In this document: positions 1-11,164 of the stretch, piece after piece
Position numbering within the stretch: the first letter of the stretch is position 1
Layout of the letters: every line of letters starts with the position of its first letter
Assembly: GCF_016433145.1 (NCBI RefSeq)
Contig: NC_058131.1
Span: forward strand, 682,578,594-682,642,593
Length of the DNA: 64,000 nucleotides
Direction: 5' to 3'
DNA from: Gracilinanus agilis
Lineage: Eukaryota
The notes under the pieces: model-generated
What the model saw: only the letters and a program-made list of their open reading frames with translations
Told to the model about the DNA's origin: nothing
Databases searched by the model: none
Position numbers and translations under genes: made by a program

Positions 1-275
1 TTTCTCTCTTTATAGTTAAGTCTTTCACCCATTCTGAATTTATCTTAGTATAGGGTGTGAGATGTTGATCTAAACCTAATTTTTCCCATACTGTTTTCCA
101 ATTTTCCCAGCAGTTTTTGTCAAATAGTGAGTTCTTGTCCCAAAAGCTGGAATCTTTGGGTTTATCAAACATTAGCTTGCTACTGTAACTTATCCCAAAT
201 CTACCACATTGATCCATGCTTCTATCACTTATCCAATACCATATTGTTTTGATGATCACTACTTTATAGCACATC
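1..275 (-). mobile_element. L1 ORF2 fragment (runs off window start)
   Basis: Minus strand reads ...YKVVIIKTIWYWISDRSMDQCGR..., the conserved post-RT L1 ORF2 motif (YYKAVIIKTIWYW). Confidence 0.85.
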
Positions 276-2060
276 TATTGAGATAGCCATATGATTTCTG
301 TTAGTTTTGTTATTCATATGGTCAGTTATGTATCTGATTTTTCCTAATGTTAAGCCATATACACTAATATATTAATGATCAAACATAGCTATTTTTTTTC
401 AGCTGGAGGTTAACAACATAATCTTTACAGTTAATAAAGTTGAAAAATAAATTTTAAAAATTAGGATCTTTAAAAGGAAGATCACAGCCAAAAGCAGTAG
501 TTCTTAATATGGTTAACAACCTTGTTATTTTAAATATATCATCTATATATAAACAGATATAATTTTGTCAAAAATTATTAAATGACCTTGTTACTTTAAA
601 TATTATTAAAACTATAATCAATTTAATTTTTTTCCTTCATAATATTATACACTTTATTTTGTGAACTTTAAGACATTATTCTAAGAGGAAGTTCCTAAGT
701 CCTATATGACGGTAAAAGATACCAATGCCAATAAAAATATTAAGATCCCTTTGTCTCAAAAAAAAGCCATATTTAGTTGTTTTGGACACATAGAGCTTGA
801 GAACAGTCAAAATCCTAGAGCTAAAGGCAGGGTTACAGGTAACCTTGGGACTAATATCTGATTCCAAGAAGAATTTAAGATACTATGATTTACTCTACTG
901 TGATAATAAAAGCAATATTCGATAAAGGAATGTTGCCTTAGAATTAAGTCCCCTTTCAGTTTTATCTTGTTACCTCACCCAGTCATGGCAGCAATGCTGA
1001 GTTCTCAAATATTACCTCAGTGGAGCATAAAATCTAGTAGGTCCTATCAATATTGAAAAATTTTAACTGTAGGCTCACTGACAAATCTGTGCATGATATT
1101 TAAGGAACTACCCAGCTAAAATTGTCAAATTGTTATACCAGAAATATAGTCAACTTATGATAATGATTTTTAGCTGGCAATAGAATGTTATGAAACAATT
1201 TGATGAAGCTTTGATGAGCAATCCATCTGTGTGAATGGGTAAAGAACCATAACTATTAAATCAAAGAACTTAGAGTTACTGAAATTGTGTAGAGGATTAT
1301 GCCTATTCTCAGGAAAAACAATTATGAAATTGCAAAACACTCTGTTCTCAAAGAAGAAACAATCTAATAGTGAATGATAGCTGGATAGGAATACAAAGGG
1401 AAGGCATAGATTTTTCAGCCTTTTAAATGCATGCAATATAGGAAGATCCCCCTAGAACTTTCTCCCTTCCCACTCCAAAGGCTCCTAATATGAAGCTGTT
1501 TCCATAACAATTCATGACTTACAACAGATGTGATCTCCATAAGTGGAAGGAATACAGTGATAAAATTATGTGTCTTTTGAAAGGTTAGAGAATTTAGTTT
1601 ATACTTTTAAAAGTTTATCTTTGATATACAATTATTGAAAAGCTCCATATTCTTATAATTTTTGCATCTTTAAATTAAAATATACATAAAAGATATGAAA
1701 TTAAAATTTTATTAATTTATAGCCCCCAGTAGTGAGAGTGAAACTTACATTTATTTCATATAAAATCTTCATATTACATCACATTTTAATAAGTTAATAT
1801 TAAATTCTTATATACTTCATATTCATTTTTTGCAATTCTCAAATTCAGTTTGACATGTATTTTTGGTAAGTTTAATCATCCAAAACTGTAATCATTTTAC
1901 ATTGCAAGTCTTAAACAATTTTTTCACTATAAGGTTTTGTACATTCTTAAATTTTTGCTGAGATTCTATTTTTTAGCTGGTGACTAAATATCACAATGAA
2001 ATTACACTGTACTGTCAGTACCTAGTACCTATTCAAATCCTTAGCAAATCTTTAAAGTTT

Positions 2061-2118
2061 TATATACGTATGTATGTGTATATATATGTATGTATGTATG
2101 TATATGTATATATATATA
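2061..2118. repeat. (TATG)n/(TA)n compound microsatellite
   Basis: tatatacgtatgtatgtgtatatatatgtatgtatgtatg... read directly. Confidence 0.9.
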
Positions 2119-3029
2119 AACATTCTGATCCATTCTCCTTCCCTTTCTACTTGAAAAAAGGGGGAAGAAAAATGCTGTTCAAATATTTTTGCCTTTGTTC
2201 TCTGTTGGCATCTTTTAATTGTCGGATCAAATTATCCCTTTCTTGTCTGTATCATTTCTACCCTCTCTCCCTCATGGCCAGCAAGGAGAGGAGAGAAGAG
2301 ATGTCTAACAATTTTATATATTTGTTCTTTATATGTAGCCAATTAATTTCTTGAATTTCTCAAATGGCCTCTGTCTGTTTCCCCCATTCTTCCAGAACAA
2401 ATAGAAAAGGCAGAGAGAAGTTCATTTATCCCAAAATGTAAATCTCCCATTGTAATCACAGACAGAGAACATATAGACAACATAGATATATCACGGAACA
2501 TAGAACATAAGCTGATAACACAGACAACATATGCCGTGTATTTCATGCATACTCTGACAATATAGAATATAAATTTATAAACTAGATTCTTCTTTTCATC
2601 CTGGCATAATGATCAATTGTTACAAATTATAGCTGCATCACTAAAGAATTCTGTGGGAAAAAATAGACTTATTAATAATGAAGGAATTGTCTGGGATAAT
2701 CTGTAAAAGGGTTTTTTTACATTTCAAGAGTTAGAAAAAGGGTTAACTTTTTGCAAGAATTTGAGCTGACATTTGAGAAATCTTAGTTCTAAGTTACTTT
2801 TCATGCTTTAATAGATTTCCTAAAACAAACACATTTTTCTTCTGCACTTTCCTTATGAGAAACTGTGTGTGTGGGGGGGGTTTGCTCAACTATATCTCCT
2901 TGCAAGTTTTTTGAAAGTCATTAAGACTTTTAAAAAATGTTCTATGGTTATTATTAATGGAAAACCTGTAGGCAAAAGACACTGGTATGCCCCTTATCTT
3001 ACTCGTGATATTCCTTCTTATCCTCTTAC

Positions 3030-3218
3030 TTAATTCCCTTGCCATTGTGGTGGGGGATGTCCAACTCATCTGGTATGCCTTTCCTGCTCTATGAATAATG
3101 CCCCTTGTCACTGGGGGGAAACATTCTCCTTTCCTGTAATCCATATGCATCCGTGGGGCTACCACAGTCAGGCACCATTTGTCAGGTCCTAAGGGGTCCT
3201 GATAAACACTCTGGGGTC
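3030..3218 (-). other. Candidate internal exon of unknown gene (189 nt, phase 1-1, one open frame)
   Basis: Long polypyrimidine tract ending ...ctcctctccccttcag|GA at 3219; donor TTAA|GTAAGA at 3030; frame open throughout (xPQSVYQDPLGPDKWCLTVVAPRMHMDYRKGECFPPVTRGIIHRAGKAYQMSWTSPTTMAREL); GC-richer than flanks. Peptide not recognised. Confidence 0.35.
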
Positions 3219-3608
3219 CTGAAGGGGAGAGGAGAATGAGATGTGGAGAAAAGGATGAAATGCTTCAGGAGGGTCAATGAAGCTGGTAGCAATCTCAGGT
3301 TCACCCTCACTACTGGGGGCTACGTGAATCATTTTAAAAATCTCCATGTGTGTATAGACATATGTGTGTATATATTCAGAAGAGAATTTGGAATTTGATC
3401 TATGATTTCATTGGTGTAGGAATCTATCAATGAGGACCAAGGTCTGGACCAGCTCTGAAACTTACTCTTAAAGGATTGCCTATAGTACTAAGAGGATAAG
3501 GGACTTGCTATGGCAACAGAGTCTGTTATGTGTAAGAGCTGGGTATTAAGCCTATGTTTTTTGACCCTTAGTTGAATCCAGTCTCTCTCCAGAATGTTGC
3601 ACTTCCTT

Positions 3609-3769
3609 NNNNNNNNNNNNNNNNNNNNNNNNNNNNNNNNNNNNNNNNNNNNNNNNNNNNNNNNNNNNNNNNNNNNNNNNNNNNNNNNNNNNNNNNNNNN
3701 NNNNNNNNNNNNNNNNNNNNNNNNNNNNNNNNNNNNNNNNNNNNNNNNNNNNNNNNNNNNNNNNNNNNN
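3609..3769. other. Assembly gap (N run)
   Basis: Run of n. Confidence 1.
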
Positions 3770-4241
3770 TGGGAGACAGAGAAAGATATATTATATAATA
3801 TTTAATGGTGAGAATTAAAGCTATATTTAACATGAAAGGACATTTATACTTTATTGGTTTTACTGACATTTCTATACACAACCTGACATGTAGGCACATC
3901 AGGGCACATGCATGTACATTCACAGGCACCTACAATACCATTGTTTCCAAAACCAACATTTTTTTCTAATTTAAAAAGATTCAAAAGGGAGAATTTTCTG
4001 TCATAGATGTATAACTCAGGAAACAATATAGAAATGGTAGCAACTTGTTCAGGTTTGAACAATACTTAGAAGAAAATCAACAACTTCATAAGTATAAGCC
4101 TTGCAGATCCAAACATATAAGACGATGGCAATCATCAAAAGATATTGCCAATTTAGATTATTTAAAACAGTTTTTTACTACATGCATAATCAGCCTTATA
4201 ACATACATCTAACCAAGATGAAGAAGCATGAAAATCCCAGC

Positions 4242-5174
4242 TTAATTTCTAAAGCATGGGAAGAGTTTTCTGAGGGCCATTTTGACCTCCTTGTTCCTTA
4301 GAGTATAGATCAGAGGATTCAAAGTTGGGCTCAACATGGTGTAGAGAACACCAGCTAGTTTACTTCTCTCTGGATTATAGCCATAAACAGGACTAATATA
4401 GGCATAGAAAACAGCAGTGTAATACATGGACACCACAATGAGATGGGAGGAGCAAGTCGAGAATGCTCTCTTCTTCCCTTCTGATGTCTGGATTTTCAGG
4501 ATGCTAGAGATAATGAACCCATAGGACACCAAGGTCAGAACAAAATTTATGAAGCCATAGAAGGCATCTGCCAAGACAGTCATGACCCTGTTAATGTAGG
4601 TGGAAGTACAGGAGAGCAACAACAGAGGAGGGATCTCACAGAAGAAATGAGTAATCACATTAGGTCCACAGAAGGACAGTTGTGTCATGAGACCAGTATG
4701 TACAGAGGAATTGAAGGCACATATTAGCCACACACTGGCTGCCAACACATTGCAGAGCATCTTGGTCATCCTGGTGCTATAATGCAGGGGGTGGCAGATG
4801 GCCACATAACGATCATAAGCCATGACAGTGAAAAGAAGCAATTCTGCTGATGCAGACCAAATCAGGAAATAGAGCTGGATAATGCAACCCCAGTAGGAGA
4901 TGGTATTCTCTTCTGAGAGCAGCCCCTCTAGCACTTTGGGTAGAACCGAGGAGGTGCAAATGATGTCCATTGTAGCCAAGTTGAACAAAAAAAAGTACAT
5001 GGGGCTGTGGAGGCTTGAGTTCCATGCAATGGCTGTAATGATCAGGATATTGCCTGTGAGAGCCACTACATACAAGGAGAGGAAACAACCAAATAATGGA
5101 ATGCGGAGACTGGGGTGTTCAGAGAAGCCTTGGAGGATAAACTCTGTCACTTGAGAATGATTACTAATGGCCAT
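4242..5174 (-). CDS. OR13A1: Olfactory receptor family 13 subfamily A member 1-like (OR A), intact, 310 aa
   Basis: All OR motifs present (LHSPMYFFL, MAYDRYVAICHPLHY, RAFSTCSSHL, PTLNPLIYTLRNKEV). Segments TEFILQGFSEHP, NLATMDIICTSS, VLADAFYG, SMYYTAVFYAYISPV, SKLAGVLYT and C-terminus ALRKLFPCFRN closely match human OR13A1 as I recall it. One-to-one orthology needs a tree. Confidence 0.93.
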   Translation of the reverse strand: MAISNHSQVTEFILQGFSEHPSLRIPLFGCFLSLYVVALTGNILIITAIAWNSSLHSPMYFFLFNLATMDIICTSSVLPKVLEGLLSEENTISYWGCIIQLYFLIWSASAELLLFTVMAYDRYVAICHPLHYSTRMTKMLCNVLAASVWLICAFNSSVHTGLMTQLSFCGPNVITHFFCEIPPLLLLSCTSTYINRVMTVLADAFYGFINFVLTLVSYGFIISSILKIQTSEGKKRAFSTCSSHLIVVSMYYTAVFYAYISPVYGYNPERSKLAGVLYTMLSPTLNPLIYTLRNKEVKMALRKLFPCFRN

Positions 5175-5256
5175 TGAGCAAGGAGGATTTTCTGAGCTTC
5201 TTGAGCCACACTTTCAAAGCTTAACCAAATGGTGTGAATGTGATGGGGAAGAACAT

Positions 5257-5280
5257 CTAGAAAAAGAGAAGAAATTTAAG
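5257..5280 (-). promoter_or_regulatory. 3' splice acceptor of OR A coding exon
   Basis: Minus strand cttaaatttcttctctttttctag|ATG, 82 nt upstream of the start codon; OR genes typically have a 5' UTR intron ending just upstream of the CDS. Confidence 0.7.
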
Positions 5281-6240
5281 TGTGCATGTTTGTTTTAAAA
5301 CTCAGGTCATTCATTGAAATTATGAATTAACTTTCATAACAAGAAGACAAAATAAAGAACATTATACCTTCCCTAGAAACTCATACTATGATCAGATTTC
5401 TTAAAACCAAATCTAGAATTAATGAATATTATGGATTTGATCTTATACTGTACTCTATTGCTGTGAATATACTTTTTGTCAGGATCTGGCATCTATCCAA
5501 TATGAACCAGTTTTTTCTATATATGGTTATACTCCTGGTCCTCCATTATTTGCTTGCACATTATTAATCTTCCCATTCCAGACCAGCATGTGTACTGCTG
5601 TTGTATTATATATATGACATATGCATATGTCTATGCATATATCTATATTCACATATTCATGTAGGTACATATCATATAGATGAGGCATAATTTGGTACAT
5701 GGTACATGAAATGAAAAACTTATAGAAGTTATGCCCTTCCTTCCCAAATGATGTAGTGACTTTCCCACTTTTATTTTTAGATTTCTAAGTATTTTTATCT
5801 TAATCACCTTGGGAAGTAGGTCATTATCATCTCTGCTCCCCATTTCATGAGTTCGAAAACAGAAAACAAAGGTTAATAAGTGTGTCATGACTTGCTCTAG
5901 GTTCCTATATATATTATGAGCTCCAGGGAAGCATAGAAGGATTTACATAATCTATTATGTCTTATATATCTTAAATCTTAAATCTTATAAGACAGTACTC
6001 ATTTAAGACATTTTATCAATGTCTTATACCTGTAGAAGGTGCTCAGCAAATACTGCTCTATGCGTAATCTCTTCTCTCCATCTCTTGCTCATTCACTCTC
6101 ACTCTCTCTTGCTTTCCTTCCTTTATTATTTGAGGATTTTCCTTCTTAATTGAAAATCCAATTATAATATTGTTCTCATGAAACTAATCTTTCTATGTTT
6201 TATACATTCCTAGCCAGCTGACTAAATACATATTATAATG

Positions 6241-6694
6241 TGTTAATAATAGTGATGTGACTTTTAATACCCCAATATAGGCCCCAATTATCCAAAGCTA
6301 TTGTTTTGGAAGTAGTATGTCTTGTTTGGAAATATTCAATGAATACTTATCCTATAAAGTTGTCATACTTTATTTGATGTTGAGGTGAGAGATTTTGATG
6401 TTGAGAGTCACCATCAAGACTATAAAAAGGAATTAGAATCTTTTCCTTAGGACTATAAATCCCAGCAACCCACTTTTGTTCTCATGTTACATCCTCAAGT
6501 TTTGGAGATAAAGTTTGTGTGACCAACCCTTCCACCCCCAACCCCTCTCTCTTTTCCTCCAAACAGGGCTGGGAAAACTTATCTTTACTCAGGCTTTTAC
6601 TTTTGTCCTTTTCTTTCTTCTACTTTCAGTGATTATTAATAAATCTTAAAAAATATAATACCTGCAGTTATTGAATATTAACTTTAATCTTACA
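6241..6694 (+). mobile_element. Solo LTR-like element
   Basis: TG start, TATA-like ctataaaa, pyrimidine-rich U5-like part with aataaa, ends ...cttaCA; no clean TSD found. Confidence 0.45.
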
Positions 6695-6824
6695 CTGTCC
6701 CTATACAAGTTACTTAATCCCAATTGTCTAGCCTTTACTACTCTTCTACCTTGGAGCAAATATTTAGTATAGATTCTTAGATAGAATGTAAGGGTTTATA
6801 AAATAGACTATCTAGGAAGGAGGG

Positions 6825-7650
6825 GCAGAGCCAAGATGGCAGAGGAGAAGTAGTCACCTAGTTAAACTCTCCCAGTATCCTTCTTTTCCAAACAACTTTA
6901 AGGTAATTAAAATTAAATTTTAGAGCACAAGAGCCAAAAAAGGGTCATCATCTCAGATTAATTCAATTTAGGAGATCAACAAGCATCATCTGTGACATTG
7001 GGATGGGTGCTCATTCATAGAGGATGTACTACTTCCTAGGAACTCTCAGGTGACAAGGAGGTCATACAACTCATCAAAAGAGATTAAAGGGATCCTTTGC
7101 TGACTTTTGGATCCAGTTCAATTGGCATTTCTATTGCCAATATGGGGTTCTGTCTTGTGATTTTCTGGTCAGAGAAGAGCACTACTAGACCATCAGAAGA
7201 GAGCATTTCCAAGGCAACAGTAGAATTAGAAAGGAAGCTAAAGAAAAGCAGGGTCCCAGTCACAGTTCCAGGGTCAAATGGAGCTCTACTACTTGTAGAT
7301 GCAGGAAAGAAGAAGCCTTTCCCAGGTAAAGATCAGAGGTCAAAGAAAGTGACAATTGATCACTGGTGGTGCCTCTCCCCAAATTTAAAGACCTTGGGAG
7401 CACCAAAAACTTGCATACCCACAACATAGCTCTGAAAAGAGCAGCAAAGAAGCCTAAAGCTTGGGACAGTACCTCCCCATGTAGAGATGAGAAGAATCCA
7501 ACTTTACCAAGAAGTTCAAAATAAAGAAACAGGATGGAAAAATGAGGAAACTACAAAAAAGAATCTGACTATAAAAACTACTACAGAAGAAGGAAAAACT
7601 AAGACAAATTCAGAAGACAACAATGAAAAAAAAATACTAAAAGCAAAGCT
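6825..7650 (+). mobile_element. Degraded L1 5' end (5' UTR and start of ORF1)
   Basis: Begins gaggggcagagccaagatggcagag (L1 5' signature); same architecture as the L1 at 61549. Confidence 0.7.
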
Positions 7651-7725
7651 TCATTTCTAATGGGTGTGATTTGGCACCTCAGAGCTCTTTCAATTTGCTT
7701 TTTGCCAATCAACAAGGATTTAGAG

Positions 7726-7898
7726 CAGTGATTCCCAAAGTGGGTGCTGCAGTGATCCAGGAGAGTGGTGATGGCCTCAGGTACATTTATCTTTCCTACC
7801 AATTGCTGTTAAAATTTTTAATAAATTAATTTCCAGGGAGTTAAGTAATATTTTTTCTGGAAAGTGGGCGGTACACCAAAAAAGTTTGGGAACCACTG
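7726..7898. mobile_element. Non-autonomous hAT (Charlie-group) MITE, 173 bp
   Basis: TIRs cagtgattcccaaa / tttgggaaccactg; perfect 8-bp TSD ATTTAGAG (7718-7725 and 7899-7906). An 8-bp TSD is the hAT hallmark. Confidence 0.9.
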
Positions 7899-7929
7899 AT
7901 TTAGAGCATTTTATTCTATGAAAATGGAT

Positions 7930-8420
7930 TTGTTTCAAGTCTTCTTTTTATAACTGCCTGTTCATGTAACTTGACAATTTAATAATTGGGAAATCTTTTA
8001 TATTTTTATAAATCTGACTTGGCTCTCTATATAATTCAGAAAAATTTTCTTTTACAGAGAAACGATATAAATTTTTTATATTAATTTATTGTCTGTTGCC
8101 CTTTATCAAAATATCATTTCCCTGATTACCTAATTTTGAAGTCTATTTTTGCTTTTGCTTTGTCTACAATCATGATTGCTTTTAAATTCAGCTAAAACTT
8201 AATAAATTACATGTGCATCTTTCTGTTTCAAGTGTGTCTCTTGTAAAAAACATATTGTTGCATTCTGGTTTCTAATCCATTTTACTATACATTTCCGTTT
8301 TATGGGTCCTTAGGTATATCTCTCTGGGATATTTGACCTTCAGATCATTGAAATCAGATATGTTGGCCATCAGCCAAGAAATTATAAAGGATTATTTTTA
8401 AATAATTTTTCTGATATTTA
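7930..8420 (-). mobile_element. Old L1 ORF2 endonuclease-region fragments
   Basis: Minus strand reads ...WIRNQNATICFLQETHLKQKDAH... (L1 EN motif C.LQETH). Confidence 0.75.
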
Positions 8421-8830
8421 TTTAGTTTCTATTTATGCTATAATCAAGCTACGTGTAATTTTGCTCTGAGGTTGATGATGCATTTTGGACATGGCAGTAT
8501 CCATTATAATATATTCATATTTTGGACAGGGCTCCATCTCTCATCTTATCATATGAGTTAAACAGGTAAAATTTAATAAGGCTACATTTAGAGAATACAT
8601 GGTGAATTTTAAAATCAATTACAGAAGTAAGGTTTGGACACTCTTGTGTATACAACATTTAACTTGTGCATATGTTGGGGAAGAATAGAAAATTTAATGA
8701 ATTGATTTACCAATTAGTGGCAAGAGTAGGTTATAAGAACCAAAATCATGAATATTTCCTCAGTATTCATTAATAAAAGAAAAGAAATAAAAATTCTATT
8801 GAACTCTGAATATCTAACATATTGCATTTA

Positions 8831-8960
8831 TTCCTGAGAAACACATTTTAGTGACAACATCAACCACTTGAAATTCGTCCAGAGAAAGGAGTTCAGGATA
8901 ATGAGTAGTTAAAAAATTTTTAATGAGGATTGGCTAAATGATCCAGGGTTTTTACCTTGT
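8831..8960 (-). promoter_or_regulatory. Candidate OR promoter module upstream of OR A
   Basis: AAATTTTTAATGA (8914-8926) is 12/13 to the homeodomain 13-mer AACTTTTTAATGA of the mouse H/P elements; second TAATGA at about 8900; TTCCTGAGAA at 8831; the downstream 44 nt align with 42748-42787. Confidence 0.45.
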
Positions 8961-9479
8961 AAAAGGCCATCAATATCTGTCTTCAAACAGCTGAACAAAT
9001 GTTCAATATGTCAAAGCTATAGAAGAGGGACAAGCCTTTACCCTAGAGAGGAAAACCAAGTTGGAATTTAAAAAGATACAGTTTTCAGATCAATACTCAT
9101 AACAATTGAAATTTAAAACAAAAAGTATATTCCTCTTCTTAAATTTCAAAAGAAAAGGACCTTTAAAAAACTAGTCTAACATCTGTACTCAGAGAAATAT
9201 AAAGTTTCCCATGAATTAGTAACTGGAAATACAAAAAAGCTCTTATGAAATGACCTTTCTCCATTTGGTTTCAATTGACTTTTACTTTAATTTTACTGTT
9301 CCAAGATTAGCCAGCATGAAGCAAATCAAGAAAACTTTATATAGAAAAGATGGTCTTTACACTGGGGTTGGTTAAAATTAATATCTAATGCCCCCACATT
9401 CTCTCTTTTCTTCTTTTCAATTCTGCCTACTATTCGTTTGCCATAAAGGAAAATGTCATAGGCGGCATTAGCAAGTTTT

Positions 9480-9665
9480 GTGGGGGTTCACTTCTTTGAA
9501 TCATGGGCTTCCTTTGCAATCTGATGAAGTTTGTGGATCTCTTTGAAATAATTTTAAATGCATATATTAAAATACACAGAATAACAAAGAAAATTGTTTA
9601 AATGGAGTTATCAAAATATTTTAAAACAAAAATAAGCTCTCGAACCCCAAATTTAAGAACACCTG
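9480..9665. mobile_element. Old hAT-Charlie/MER5-like MITE
   Basis: Degenerate TIRs gggggttc... and ...tttaagaacacctg with AT-rich core, like MER5-type elements. Confidence 0.5.
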
Positions 9666-9809
9666 AGTGAGTTTTTCCATGTTCTAGGATTTTCAAAGGA
9701 AGCTGAATGACCATTTGTTGTTAAGTAGAATAGAAGATAGAGCCTTAGGGTAAAGTTAACTACAGCTAGTGTTCTCAGATCAAATCCAGCTACTCTTTCT
9801 TCTTTTTCT

Positions 9810-11160
9810 GGATTCCTCCCCTGCCTTGTCATGGCAGAGGGGCTCACATAGCTCAATGGAACTCTAAGCTATACAATACAAAGTCACCCAAGATGCACTG
9901 GTTTTGGTGGGGAGTTATGACAAAAGGAAATTCTTTGGAAAAAGAAATGGCAAACCTCTCCAGTATTTTAGCAAAGAAAACCCAGGGAGAGTATTAACAT
10001 GATAAAAGCTTTGAGAAGAAGGATCCCCTCAAGACAGAAGGTAAACAACACATTGCTGGGGAAGAGCAGAGGACAACCACAAGTAGCTTCAGCACTAATG
10101 AGGTAACTGGGACAAAGATGAAAGGAAGCTCAGCTGTGATTAGGGCTGTTGATAAAAGGAAATTCAAATGTTATAAAGAACAATATTGCATATGAAGGTA
10201 GAGTGTAAGTAAACTGGATGAGGTCAAACAGAAGATGGAAAAATTAAACACTGGCATCTTGGTTGTCAGTGAATTTAAATGAACAGAAATGGTTGAACTC
10301 CATTCAGATTGTCACTATATGTACTACTGTTGGTGCAAATCCCTTAGAAGAAATGGAATAGCCCTCACAGTCAATAAAAGGTTAAGTAAAATAGCAGGGC
10401 AGGAGTATAATCTCAAAAATGGTAGAATTATATCTATTGAAATCCAAAACAAACCACTGAGTATCATAATAATACAAGTCTGTGCTACAGTCACTGATAT
10501 CAAAGACAACAAAGCTGCTCAGTTCCATGAAGACTTCCAATATCTTCTAGAAATAACACAAAAAGATATCATATTCATCATGGGAGACTGCAATGCTGAA
10601 GTTGAAAATAAAAAGAAATTGGAATAATTGTAACAAATATAACATGTACATAACAAATCATGTTTGTTATATTATTGGCATATTATATATTGTTATATAT
10701 TAAAAATAAAAAATATGTTCTCTTCTCAAAACAAATAAATTGGAATAACAGGCAAGTCTGACCTTATAATACAAAATGAAAGCAGGGCAGAGACTAATAG
10801 AGTTTTGTCAAGATAGTCATAGCTAGTCATAGCAAACTTTTTCAACAACCAAGAAAATGGCTCTACATATGGACATCACCAGGTGATTAATAATGAAATC
10901 AAATTGATAATACACTTTGCAGCCAAAAGTAGGGAAGCCCTATGCAATCAGCTAAAACATGTCCTGGAGCTGACTGTTGCTCAGATCATGAGCTTCATAT
11001 TGCAAAATTCAGTTTTAAATTGAAGAAAAAGGGAAAAACCACCAGACCATATAACTATGACCTAAAATCATCCATTGTGAATATGAAGTGAAAGTGATGA
11101 ATAGATTTAAAGAATTGACTAGAGTAGTTGGAATGGGTGAAGAACTATGAACAGAAATTC
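9810..11160 (+). mobile_element. RTE-clade LINE (BovB-like) 5' region and AP-endonuclease domain, degraded, 3'-truncated
   Basis: 5' part matches BovB-type gccttgtcatggcagagggg...gaaatggcaaacc; translation KLDEVKQKMEK...ILVVSEFK, SLRRNGIALTVNKR, IIQVCA, IFIMGDCNAEV, LYIWTSP, GADCCSDHEL matches the RTE endonuclease. Confidence 0.9.
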
Positions 11161-11164
11161 GCGT

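Noticed and set aside
2890-2975. YRFSINNNHRTFF resembling RASSF2/4 HRFSINGHFYNHK
   Set aside because: Only five residues match, in AT-rich sequence, with no continuation; coincidence.
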